A stretch of DNA of 64,000 nt from NCBI GenBank assembly GCA_018651725.1, contig JABIDK010000005.1, positions 64,064-128,063 of the forward strand, read 5' to 3'. This DNA is from Candidatus Falkowbacteria bacterium (GTDB taxonomy: Bacteria > Patescibacteriota > Patescibacteriia > JAACEG01). The notes beneath the pieces were generated by a model. It saw only the letters and a list, made by a program, of their open reading frames with translations. It was not told the origin of the DNA and ran no database searches. This document shows positions 56,258 to 64,000 of this stretch, in pieces (the first letter of the stretch is position 1; each line of letters starts with the position of its first letter). The translations under genes were made by a program, and so were the position numbers.

Positions 56258-57452
56258 AAAAGTTTTAATTTTTTCTTTGGCTTATCCGCCGTTTGTAGGG
56301 GGAGCAGAGTTGGCTATTAAGGAGGAAACAGATCGGATTAAAGACATTGAATTTGATATGGTAACGCTTCGTTTTGATCGTGATTTGCCGAAGTTTGAAC
56401 GGGTTGGTAATGTTAATGTTTATCGGATTGGTTTTACTAAACCGGGGGCGAAGATGGAAGATTTAGTGAAGTATCCGTTGAAGTTAAATAAGTTAATTTT
56501 TCCGTTTATTGCTTGTTTTAAAGCTTCAAAGCTACATAAGAAAAATAAATATGATGCGATCTGGGCGATGATGGCGGCTTACGCCGGCTTTGCAGCTATG
56601 TTTTTTAAGACTAGGCACCCAAAAGTTCCGTATTTATTAACCTTACAAGAAGGCGATCCGATCGATTATATTTTGAAAAAAGTTAGATTTGTTAAACCTT
56701 TATTTAAGAGGATTTTCACTAAAGCCGATTATCTGCAAGCGATCTCTAATTATTTGGCAAGCTGGGGCAAGGGTATGGGATTTAAGGGAGAGTTAAAACT
56801 TGTTCCTAACGCAGTTAATACCGCTCATTTTTCTCAAGAGTATAACGAAGAGGAATTAAATGAACTCAAAAAAGAACTAGGCAAAAAAGATAACGATAAA
56901 TATGTTATTACCACCTCAAGATTGGTTTTAAAAAACGCTGTTGATGATGTTATAAAATCATTACAGTATTTGCCGGATAATATTAAATTTTTGGTTTTAG
57001 GTGATGGGCCGGATAAAGAAAAATTAGATAAATTAGTTGAAAAATTAAAAGTGAAAGATAGAGTTAAATTTTTAGGTCTGGTTGATCATAAAGTAATGCC
57101 TAAATATTTAAAGGCCTCTGATATTTTTATTCGTGCATCACTATCTGAGGGCTTTGGTAATTCTTTTATCGAGGCCATGGCCGCTGAAATTCCTGTAATA
57201 GCCACCCAAGAGGGTGGAATAGCTGATTTTTTATTTGACAGCGAAAAAAATCCAAACAAAAAATCAACCGGCTGGGCAGTGAATAAGCGTGATCCAAAAG
57301 GCATTGCTCAAGCTATTAAGAAAATTTTAGATAATCAAGAACAAACGAAAAAGACAGTTGAAAATGCTAAGAAAATGGCCTTTGAAAAATACGATTGGAA
57401 TATAATCGCCAAGGACATGGAAGGGATTTTTAAAAAGATAACAAAAAAATAA
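56250..57452 (+). CDS. Glycosyltransferase family 4
   Basis: EGFGNSFIEAMAAEIPVIATQEGGIADFL. Confidence 0.8.
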   Translation: MSKKVLIFSLAYPPFVGGAELAIKEETDRIKDIEFDMVTLRFDRDLPKFERVGNVNVYRIGFTKPGAKMEDLVKYPLKLNKLIFPFIACFKASKLHKKNKYDAIWAMMAAYAGFAAMFFKTRHPKVPYLLTLQEGDPIDYILKKVRFVKPLFKRIFTKADYLQAISNYLASWGKGMGFKGELKLVPNAVNTAHFSQEYNEEELNELKKELGKKDNDKYVITTSRLVLKNAVDDVIKSLQYLPDNIKFLVLGDGPDKEKLDKLVEKLKVKDRVKFLGLVDHKVMPKYLKASDIFIRASLSEGFGNSFIEAMAAEIPVIATQEGGIADFLFDSEKNPNKKSTGWAVNKRDPKGIAQAIKKILDNQEQTKKTVENAKKMAFEKYDWNIIAKDMEGIFKKITKK

Positions 57453-57871
57453 TGGAAGCTATTAAAAATTTAATTTATAAGTACAAACTTTTTATAAAAT
57501 ATTGCATAGTTGGCGGAACCGCTGCAGTGGTTGATTTTGGGATTCTTTTTATTTTAACTGATTTTTTTAGCGTTTATTATTTAACCTCTGCTACAGCTTC
57601 TTTTATTGTTTCGGCTCTAGTAAATTATTCTTTAAACAGATCTTGGACATTTCAGTCAAATGGAAAAAAGAGAAAGCAGTTACCGATTTTTTTTACTATC
57701 GCCACTTTAGGACTGATTATTAATAACGGTATAATGTATACAGGAGTAGAGTTTTTTGGGCTGTGGTATATTTTAGCAAAAGTAATCGCAACCGGAGTAG
57801 TCTTAATCTGGAATTTTTTAGGCAATAAATATTTTACATTTAAAGTATATGAAAATAATATTAGCGGCTGA
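57452..57871 (+). CDS. GtrA-family polysaccharide biosynthesis membrane protein
   Basis: YCIVGGTAAVVDFGILFIL and four TM helices, about 140 aa. Confidence 0.7.
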   Translation: MEAIKNLIYKYKLFIKYCIVGGTAAVVDFGILFILTDFFSVYYLTSATASFIVSALVNYSLNRSWTFQSNGKKRKQLPIFFTIATLGLIINNGIMYTGVEFFGLWYILAKVIATGVVLIWNFLGNKYFTFKVYENNISG

Positions 57872-59003
57872 TATTTTTCCGCCTGATATTGGTGGGCCGG
57901 CTACATATAGTAAAAATTTAGCTAAGGAGTTAATAAACGCCGGACACAAGGTTGAGGTTATTTGTTATGCAGACGAAAAAGGAGAAGAAAAAGTAGACGG
58001 TTATCAAGTAACTAAAATAGATAGAAGCAAACCAATTTTTTTTCGTTATTTGGATTATTTTTTACAACTTTTAAAGATTGGAAAATCAGTTGATTTGATT
58101 TATGCTATGGGGCCGGTTTCAGCTGGTCTCCCCGTGATGCTTGCTTGTAAATTTTTAAAGAAAAAATATTTAGTTAAGGTGGTAGGGGATTACGCTTGGG
58201 AACAGGGTCGGAATCGGTTTGGAGTAATCGACGGAATCGATGAATTTCAAGATAAAAAATACTCACTAAAGGTAGAGATTTTTAGATTTATCCAAAGGAG
58301 AGTTGTTAGAAACGCTGAAAAAGTAATTACCCCAAGTTATTATTTACAAGACTTGGTAGAGGGCTGGGGAGTAAATAAAAAAAACATAAAGGTAATCTAT
58401 AATGCTGTTAATTTGAGCGATGTTTCTATAATAGATAAATTAACTGCTCAAGATAATATAAGGATTCATGGGAAAATAGTTTTTTCCATTGCCAGGCTGG
58501 TTCCGTGGAAAGGTTTTGAAATGCTAATTAATATCTGGTCAAAAATTTTAAAGCAAGATAAAAATTTAAAGTTGGTCATAGCCGGCGATGGTCCGGAAAA
58601 AGAAAAATTGGAAAATTTAATAAGAGAAAAGCACTTAGAGAAAAAAGTTTTTTTAGTGGGCCGAATAGAGCACAAAAAATTATTTTCCTATTTTAGCGCT
58701 TCAGATATTTTTATTTTAAACTCCGGCTACGAAGGTTTGTCGCATGTCTTAATCGAAGCCTTTGCCTATCACAAACCGGTTATTGCTTCAAATAAAGGAG
58801 GAAATAAAGAAGTAATAAAAAGTAATTATAACGGATTTTTAATTGAGTATAACAATGAAGAAAAATGGCAAGAAGCGATTTTAAATTTAACAAACAACGA
58901 AAATTTAAAAAGAAAATTCGCCATAAACTCTTCTAACGATCTGGAAAAATTTAGATACAAAACAATGATTGATAAAACTTTAGAAACATTAAAAGATATA
59001 TGA
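57849..59003 (+). CDS. Glycosyltransferase family 4
   Basis: EGLSHVLIEAFAYHKPVIASNKGGNKEVI. Confidence 0.8.
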   Translation: MKIILAADIFPPDIGGPATYSKNLAKELINAGHKVEVICYADEKGEEKVDGYQVTKIDRSKPIFFRYLDYFLQLLKIGKSVDLIYAMGPVSAGLPVMLACKFLKKKYLVKVVGDYAWEQGRNRFGVIDGIDEFQDKKYSLKVEIFRFIQRRVVRNAEKVITPSYYLQDLVEGWGVNKKNIKVIYNAVNLSDVSIIDKLTAQDNIRIHGKIVFSIARLVPWKGFEMLINIWSKILKQDKNLKLVIAGDGPEKEKLENLIREKHLEKKVFLVGRIEHKKLFSYFSASDIFILNSGYEGLSHVLIEAFAYHKPVIASNKGGNKEVIKSNYNGFLIEYNNEEKWQEAILNLTNNENLKRKFAINSSNDLEKFRYKTMIDKTLETLKDI

Positions 59004-60151
59004 AAATTTTAATGATTAGTTTGGATAAAAATTTATTGGGAATTGAAGGGGCTTTTGGTGATGCAACTGAAAGGCATAAGTTGTATGGAAAGCATGTGGA
59101 AAATTTAGATATTATTGTTATGAATAAAGGAAAAGAAAGTGAGCTTGAAATAAGTCATAATGTAAGAGCGTATCCGACTAGCTCTTGGTCGCGATTTTGT
59201 TATTTTTTAGATGCCTATAAAATAGGTAAAAAGATTTTTCAGAAAAGAAAATTTGATTTAATTGTTTGCCAGGATCCTTTTTTAACCGGTTTGGCTGGTT
59301 ATCTTTTAAAAAGAAAAACAAAAACCAAACTTGTAGTTCACTCGCATGGTGATTTTTTTGGAAATAAATATTGGCTAAAAGAAAATTGGTTTAATTTGCC
59401 TTTACTTTGTATTGGAAAATTTGTTATTAAAAAAGCCGACGCTATTAGAGTTGTAAGTGGGGTTATAAAAGAAAAGTTAGTAAAAATGAATATCTTGGAA
59501 AATAAAATTTATAAAATTTCTACCCCTGTTCAGTTGGAAAAATTTTCACAATTTAACAATGAACGAGTGGAAGAAATTAAAAATAAATATAACAACCGGA
59601 AAATAATTTTACTTGTTGGACGACTGGTTAAGGCTAAGAATATTTTTTTACTTATCGATGCTTTTAAAAAAGTTTTGAATGGATATAACGATACGGTTTT
59701 GCTTGTGGCCGGATCCGGTGAATTAAAAGAAGATTTGGAAAAACAAATAGAAAAACATAATCTTCAAGAAAAAGTTTTTTTGCTGGGTGCTGTTAATCAC
59801 GACGATCTGCCTAATTTTTACAAGGCCTGCGAATTTTTTGTTCTGCCGTCTACAAATGAAAGTTTCGGTAAAGTGTTACTCGAAGCAGCGGCTGCTAAAA
59901 AACCTAGTATTGCTTCAAGCACCATTGGCGCTCAAGAAATAATTCAAGAAGGAAAAACCGGTTTTATAGTTCCGATTAATGATAAAGACAAGCTAACAGG
60001 GAAAATTTTGTTTTTATTAAAAAATAAAGAAAAAACTACAGAGATGGGCGAAGAAGCAAGGAGCTATATTTTAAAAGAGTTTAGTCTGGAGAAAAGTATT
60101 GAGAAGATTATAAAAATGTGGAACGCAGTCTATAAAGCCAAAAGTCTATAA
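59000..60151 (+). CDS. Glycosyltransferase family 4
   Basis: ESFGKVLLEAAAAKKPSIASSTIGAQEII. Confidence 0.8.
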   Translation: MKILMISLDKNLLGIEGAFGDATERHKLYGKHVENLDIIVMNKGKESELEISHNVRAYPTSSWSRFCYFLDAYKIGKKIFQKRKFDLIVCQDPFLTGLAGYLLKRKTKTKLVVHSHGDFFGNKYWLKENWFNLPLLCIGKFVIKKADAIRVVSGVIKEKLVKMNILENKIYKISTPVQLEKFSQFNNERVEEIKNKYNNRKIILLVGRLVKAKNIFLLIDAFKKVLNGYNDTVLLVAGSGELKEDLEKQIEKHNLQEKVFLLGAVNHDDLPNFYKACEFFVLPSTNESFGKVLLEAAAAKKPSIASSTIGAQEIIQEGKTGFIVPINDKDKLTGKILFLLKNKEKTTEMGEEARSYILKEFSLEKSIEKIIKMWNAVYKAKSL

Positions 60152-60163
60152 AGCCAAAAGTCT
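60128..60163 (+). repeat. Tandem 16-bp repeat GTCTATAAAGCCAAAA x2 plus a partial unit, spanning the GT4 stop codon
   Basis: Flanked by the 10-bp direct repeat ATGTGGAACG (60115-60124 and 60164-60173). Confidence 0.8.
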
Positions 60164-60877
60164 ATGTGGAACGATAAAAAAATATTTATTTGTATTCCGA
60201 CTTATAATGAGGCGGAGAATATTGAAAATTTAATTAAAGAGATTTTTGGTTTGGGAATAGAAAATTTGAAAGTTATTGTTATTGACGACAACTCTCCGGA
60301 CAAGACAGGTGAGATTGCGGATAAATTGGCTGAGAACTACTCTATTAAAGTTATTCACAGAAAAGGAAAGCTTGGTTTGGGCAGCGCTTATATCGCTGGA
60401 TTTAAATACGCTCTTAAAAATCAAGCTGACTTGATTTTTGAAATGGACGCGGATTTTTCTCATAATCCAAAAGATATTCCAAGGTTTTTAGAGGAAATAA
60501 AAAATGGGAATGAAGTAGTTTTAGGTTCTCGAAAAATAGAGCAAGGTGAAATTAAAGACTGGAATCTTTGGCGACATTTTTGCTCAAACGGCGCAATGTT
60601 ATTTTCCAGAATTTTACTTAGGCTTAAGACTAAAGATGTAACAACCGGATTCAGGTGTTATAAACGAGAAGCTTTGGAGAGTTTAAATTTAGACAATATC
60701 AAAAGCAATGGCTATGCTTTTCAGGAAGAGATGATATATTTATGCGAAAAAAAAGATTTTAAAATTAAAGAAATCCCAATAACTTTTATAGACAGAAAAT
60801 ACGGTAAATCAAAGTTAGCTTTTAAAGATATTATTGAGTTTTTTATTAAGATTGTGAGGTTAAAGATAAGCCGTTAA
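60164..60877 (+). CDS. GT2 polyprenol-phosphate glycosyltransferase (Dpm1-like)
   Basis: ICIPTYNEAENI...VIVIDDNSPDKTGEIA...FEMDADFSHNP...GFRCYKRE. Confidence 0.8.
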   Translation: MWNDKKIFICIPTYNEAENIENLIKEIFGLGIENLKVIVIDDNSPDKTGEIADKLAENYSIKVIHRKGKLGLGSAYIAGFKYALKNQADLIFEMDADFSHNPKDIPRFLEEIKNGNEVVLGSRKIEQGEIKDWNLWRHFCSNGAMLFSRILLRLKTKDVTTGFRCYKREALESLNLDNIKSNGYAFQEEMIYLCEKKDFKIKEIPITFIDRKYGKSKLAFKDIIEFFIKIVRLKISR

Positions 60878-60887
60878 TTTTTTTTAG

Positions 60888-61706
60888 ATGCTTTTGCAAG
60901 AAACAAAAAATTTACTAAAGAAATATAATTTTCAACCAATTCATGGCAGAGGGCAAAATTTTTTGATTGATGAAAAAGTTTTGGAAGAGATAGTTGATTC
61001 AGCTAATTTAAAATCAAGTGATGTGGTGCTGGAAGTGGGGCCGGGAATGGGAGTTTTAACCAAAGAGTTGGCGAAAAGAGTAAAAAAAGTAATCGCCGTA
61101 GAGTTGGATAAAAATTTAGTAAAAGTTTTAAAGCAAGAGTTAAAAGACTATAAAAATATAGAGATTATAAGCGATAATATACTTAAAATTGACTCTACCA
61201 GCTACCAGCTACCAATTAGCAGCTATAAAATTGTTGCCAATCTTCCATATAATATAACATCTAAATTTATTAGAACTTTTTTGGAAATAGAAAATCAACC
61301 AATTGAGATGATTTTAATGGTCCAAAAAGAAGTAGCCGAAAGAATTACAGCTAAGCCCGGACAGATGAGTATTTTAGGCGTTGCTTGCCAATTTTATGCT
61401 GATTGCAAGATTGAATTTTTAGTTAAAAAAACAAGTTTTTTGCCAATTCCAAAAGTGGATAGCGCTACGATTAGTCTTAAAGTCAAAAGTCAAAAGTCAA
61501 AAGTCAACGATAACGAATTGTTTTTTAAAGTTGTCAAAACTGGATTTTCAAGTAAAAGAAAAAAATTAAAAAGCAATTTATCTAAAGGACTGGATATTAA
61601 AAAAGAAAAAATACAAGAGATTTTTGATAAATTAGAGTTAAAAGAAAATACAAGAGCCCAGGAGTTGTTGGTTGAAGAGTGGGTGAAGTTAGTTAATTTG
61701 TTATGA
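60888..61706 (+). CDS. ksgA: 16S rRNA (adenine1518/1519-N6)-dimethyltransferase KsgA/RsmA
   Basis: GQNFLIDEKVLEEIV and VLEVGPGMGVLTKEL, with NLPYNITS. Confidence 0.85.
   Translation: MLLQETKNLLKKYNFQPIHGRGQNFLIDEKVLEEIVDSANLKSSDVVLEVGPGMGVLTKELAKRVKKVIAVELDKNLVKVLKQELKDYKNIEIISDNILKIDSTSYQLPISSYKIVANLPYNITSKFIRTFLEIENQPIEMILMVQKEVAERITAKPGQMSILGVACQFYADCKIEFLVKKTSFLPIPKVDSATISLKVKSQKSKVNDNELFFKVVKTGFSSKRKKLKSNLSKGLDIKKEKIQEIFDKLELKENTRAQELLVEEWVKLVNLL
61477..61508 (+). repeat. Heptanucleotide tandem repeat (AAAGTCA)x4 inside ksgA
   Basis: TAAAGTCAAAAGTCAAAAGTCAAAAGTCAACG encodes KVKSQKSKVN. Confidence 0.8.
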
Positions 61707-61793
61707 TTTGGTGCTTTTTTATTTTTTTGATATAATAAACTTAGTCAAAAGTCTGTAAAGTCCATAAAGTCGAAAGTTAATAAGATATTTTTT

Positions 61794-62423
61794 ATGAACG
61801 AGCAATTGCCTAAAAAAACAAAAACCATTGAAATATTTTTGATAGTCTTGGGTATTGGGGCTTTGATTTTGGGTTTTTTGCGTTTGAATAATACAATAGT
61901 CGGGACCGTTAAAAATAATCAAAGTAATTCCACTGATACTTTAAATGAACAAGAACAGGATTTAAAAAAATTGATTGAACTTCAAAATAAAGACACGGAT
62001 CAAGACGGTCTTAGTGACTACGACGAATTAAATGTTTATCATACCAGCGTTTATATTGCTGACTCTGACTCAGATGGATTTTCCGACAAGGAAGAAATTG
62101 ACGCCGGAGAAAATCCGCATTGTCCGCGCGGACAGGACTGCTCTTTACCGGATGAGCCTGAAATAGAAGATGAAAAACCCTCAACTGCTTTTGATGATAT
62201 GGAAGTTATTGATGAGCAATTTAAAAATATCGGTTTAGATCCTAAAACAGGACAACCAATAAATCAACAAACAGACAAGCAGCAAAGATTAATGTCCGGC
62301 AACGCCACACTTAGCGAGGTTAAAGAGATGCTTTTAGAGTCCGGAATGACTCAACAAGATTTGGAGAAAATACCGGATAGTGATATAATGAAAATGTATG
62401 TAGAAATGGTAAATGGAAGTTGA
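61794..62423 (+). CDS. Membrane-anchored TSP3-like repeat protein
   Basis: TM helix, then DTDQDGLSDYDE and DSDSDGFSDKEE repeats. Acidic C-terminal region. Confidence 0.5.
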   Translation: MNEQLPKKTKTIEIFLIVLGIGALILGFLRLNNTIVGTVKNNQSNSTDTLNEQEQDLKKLIELQNKDTDQDGLSDYDELNVYHTSVYIADSDSDGFSDKEEIDAGENPHCPRGQDCSLPDEPEIEDEKPSTAFDDMEVIDEQFKNIGLDPKTGQPINQQTDKQQRLMSGNATLSEVKEMLLESGMTQQDLEKIPDSDIMKMYVEMVNGS

Positions 62424-62447
62424 AAGTTAAAAGTTAAAAGCACTACT

Positions 62448-62768
62448 ATGGTAACAAAAAAACAAAAAGACATAAATAAGATTACTGAAAAGATTGTTAA
62501 AAAGTATAAACCGGAAAAAATTATTCTTTTTGGTTCTTACGCTTGGGGAACACCGGGTCCTGACAGTGATGTTGATTTGTTTGTTGTTAAAAACACTAAA
62601 AATGCAAGAAAAACAGCGCGAAATATTGACGGTGATATTTTTCCGCGCCTTTTTCCAATTGATTTAATTGTTTCTACCCCTAAACAAATAGAAAGCGGAA
62701 TAGAAAAAGATAATTTTTTTATTAAAAAAGTTATGACAATGGGGAAGATTTTGTATGCTAAAAAATAA
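62448..62768 (+). CDS. Minimal nucleotidyltransferase (MNT) antitoxin-like protein
   Basis: GSYAWGTPGPDSDVDLFVV (GS-x9-DxD nucleotidyltransferase motif). Confidence 0.7.
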   Translation: MVTKKQKDINKITEKIVKKYKPEKIILFGSYAWGTPGPDSDVDLFVVKNTKNARKTARNIDGDIFPRLFPIDLIVSTPKQIESGIEKDNFFIKKVMTMGKILYAKK

Positions 62769-63156
62769 CAAAATCAATCAAAATGTTATTGAATGGCTCA
62801 ATAAAGCCCAGGAAGACGAATCTTCGGTAGAGGCAATTATCAAAGAAAAAGCAGCCCCCGGAGTCGCCTGTTTCTTGTCGCAACAAATGGCGGAAAAGTT
62901 TTTAAAGGCATTGTTGGTTTTTTATAAAATAGATATCCCAAAAATTCATGATCTGATAAGGCTGGAAAGTATATTGTTTGATGTTGTTCCTGATATTAAG
63001 AAAATGCACAATAATATAAAAATTCTTAATCGTTATTATATTGAAACTCGCTATCCGGGAGATTGGCCGGAAGGATTTTCCTGGGACGACGCAAAAGAGG
63101 CATTAGAATCAGCTGTACAAATCAAAGAATTTGTTTTTGACGAAGTAGGAATATAA
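62755..63156 (+). CDS. HEPN-domain protein (toxin partner of the MNT)
   Basis: Overlaps the MNT gene by 14 nt. All-alpha protein with R-x4-6-H-like KIHDLIRLE. Confidence 0.65.
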   Translation: MLKNNKINQNVIEWLNKAQEDESSVEAIIKEKAAPGVACFLSQQMAEKFLKALLVFYKIDIPKIHDLIRLESILFDVVPDIKKMHNNIKILNRYYIETRYPGDWPEGFSWDDAKEALESAVQIKEFVFDEVGI

Positions 63157-63170
63157 TAAAGTTTTAAATT

Positions 63171-64000
63171 ATGTTCAATTTAAACAACAAAAAACGTTTT
63201 ATAAGCGGAATTGTTTTATTTTTGCTGATTTTTAATTTGGTCGGGGTTGGTTTTCCGAAAAAAGCAGAGGCAGGCCTTGCTAGTGAGGCAACACAAGTTA
63301 TGCAGGCCAGGATAGATGCTGTTAGGGGGGTTTTCGATAAAGTTTGGCAAGCATGGGAAAAAGCTGAAGCTAAATTGATAAAAAATCAAAAGCATTGGGC
63401 GGCTGTAGCGTTTAAAGCCACTTTGCATCAGTTTTTAAAGTCTTTGGCGGTTGATACAGCCACTTGGGTTGCAACCGGAGACAAAGGGCAAAAACCAATG
63501 TTTATTACTCAAGGCTGGGGAGCTTATTTAGAGGACGCAGCTGATCAAGCCGCTGGAACTTTTATAATGACCGCGGCTGATAGCTGGGATAGTCAGGATC
63601 ATTATGATCAAGATCTTTATAGTGAATGTTTAGATGGAATAGACCACGAATCGTTAAAAGATAGGTGTCTTGGAGGAGAAGGAGTGATGGAAGAATGTTA
63701 TGATCAGCTTGTGCAAGAAGAAATTGATAATTGTCAAGAAGGCTTAGATTTAAGCAGTAATCCTACTGTCGGAAATGCCGGACGAAATTACAGTAAAGGT
63801 ACTGTGGGTAGTATAGTTAATTTTTTATGCGAACCCGACGTAAGAGTTAAGTTAAGAATTGCCGGTGGACTGGCCAGTATAGAGCGTCCTAGAACACCAA
63901 AATGTACAATGAGTGAGGCGCGTAAAAATTGGGATGAATTTGTAAATGACCCTAACTTTTTACAGAATTTTCAAACTTATTGGGATCCATGGGAGAATGA
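63171..64000 (+). CDS. Secreted/membrane-anchored protein, 3'-truncated by the window edge (more than 276 aa), absent from the ORF track
   Basis: ATG at 63171 followed by a signal/TM segment (FISGIVLFLLIFNLVGVGF) and an open frame to nt 64000 with no stop. A Cys-containing acidic region follows. Confidence 0.5.
   Translation, partial: MFNLNNKKRFISGIVLFLLIFNLVGVGFPKKAEAGLASEATQVMQARIDAVRGVFDKVWQAWEKAEAKLIKNQKHWAAVAFKATLHQFLKSLAVDTATWVATGDKGQKPMFITQGWGAYLEDAADQAAGTFIMTAADSWDSQDHYDQDLYSECLDGIDHESLKDRCLGGEGVMEECYDQLVQEEIDNCQEGLDLSSNPTVGNAGRNYSKGTVGSIVNFLCEPDVRVKLRIAGGLASIERPRTPKCTMSEARKNWDEFVNDPNFLQNFQTYWDPWEN

Overview
This 64-kb window is AT-rich and gene-dense, and looks most like a small-genome anaerobic bacterium of the Patescibacteria/CPR type. 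That lineage call is an inference. It rests on many small genes, TSP3-like repeat surface proteins, a giant Cys-rich secreted protein, and the NrdDG/NrdR, desulfoferrodoxin and rubrerythrin genes. Standard code 11 applies: an intact RF2 with the SPF motif is present, and TGA and TAA are both used as stops.

Core region (about 16-64 kb). Housekeeping and cell-envelope genes fill this part. They are manC, mscS, dnaE, dfx/rbr, tRNA-Gly(UCC), pheA-tyrA-aminotransferase, rpmB, groES-groEL with a sigma70 promoter and a CIRCE element, a SIS-domain isomerase, ybeY, dgkA, ftsA-ftsZ, nrdR-nrdD-nrdG with NrdR boxes, prfB, a UDP-sugar/glycosyltransferase cluster (two epimerases, ugd, four GT4, GtrA, a Dpm1-like GT2), ksgA, an MNT/HEPN pair, and a secreted protein running off the right edge.

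Accessory region (about 1-15.4 kb). This part is mosaic and cassette-like. The gene blocks are a 5'-truncated DKNYY-repeat protein, a hypothetical protein, a spermidine-synthase-like MTase-fold protein plus SpeH, a 4-gene ABC transporter (SBP lipoprotein, an NPPF methyltransferase, a permease, an ATPase fused to a second SBP domain), a small membrane protein exactly bracketed by perfect 29-bp inverted repeats, a putative defence module (EcoRI-methylase-like N6A MTase, a DUF262-HNH nuclease, and a PrrC/RloC-like ABC ATPase with a coiled-coil CxxC hook), and an LRR lipoprotein. The blocks are separated by a family of 260-600 bp structured intergenic repeat modules. Four modules (M1, M2, M3, M5) begin just after the upstream stop codon with a long hairpin whose 21-nt loop is conserved while its 17-18 bp stems differ by fully compensatory changes. 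The other two modules (M4a, M4b) lack this hairpin and are assigned to the family by shared internal blocks (CCCAAATTTT, a degenerate CTCCGCTCCGCT run, and in M4b the 3' TTATTAATTAAAGAGGGGAAATAAGG block). No integrase or transposase lies in the window.

Other observations. The pheA-tyrA-aminotransferase cluster is preceded by a near-leaderless 24-codon leader ORF rich in Phe/Tyr/Trp (GFYFFWFYFF), with mutually exclusive antiterminator and terminator hairpins. A palindromic element with a 24-bp stem occurs in two copies, at 26.8 kb and 54.0 kb. The giant protein has near-identical internal DNA repeats and a C-terminal papain-like (C1) peptidase domain. Short AAAGTC-type tandem repeats recur at gene junctions in the 60-62.5 kb stretch and inside ksgA. 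No CRISPR array and no rRNA gene were seen.
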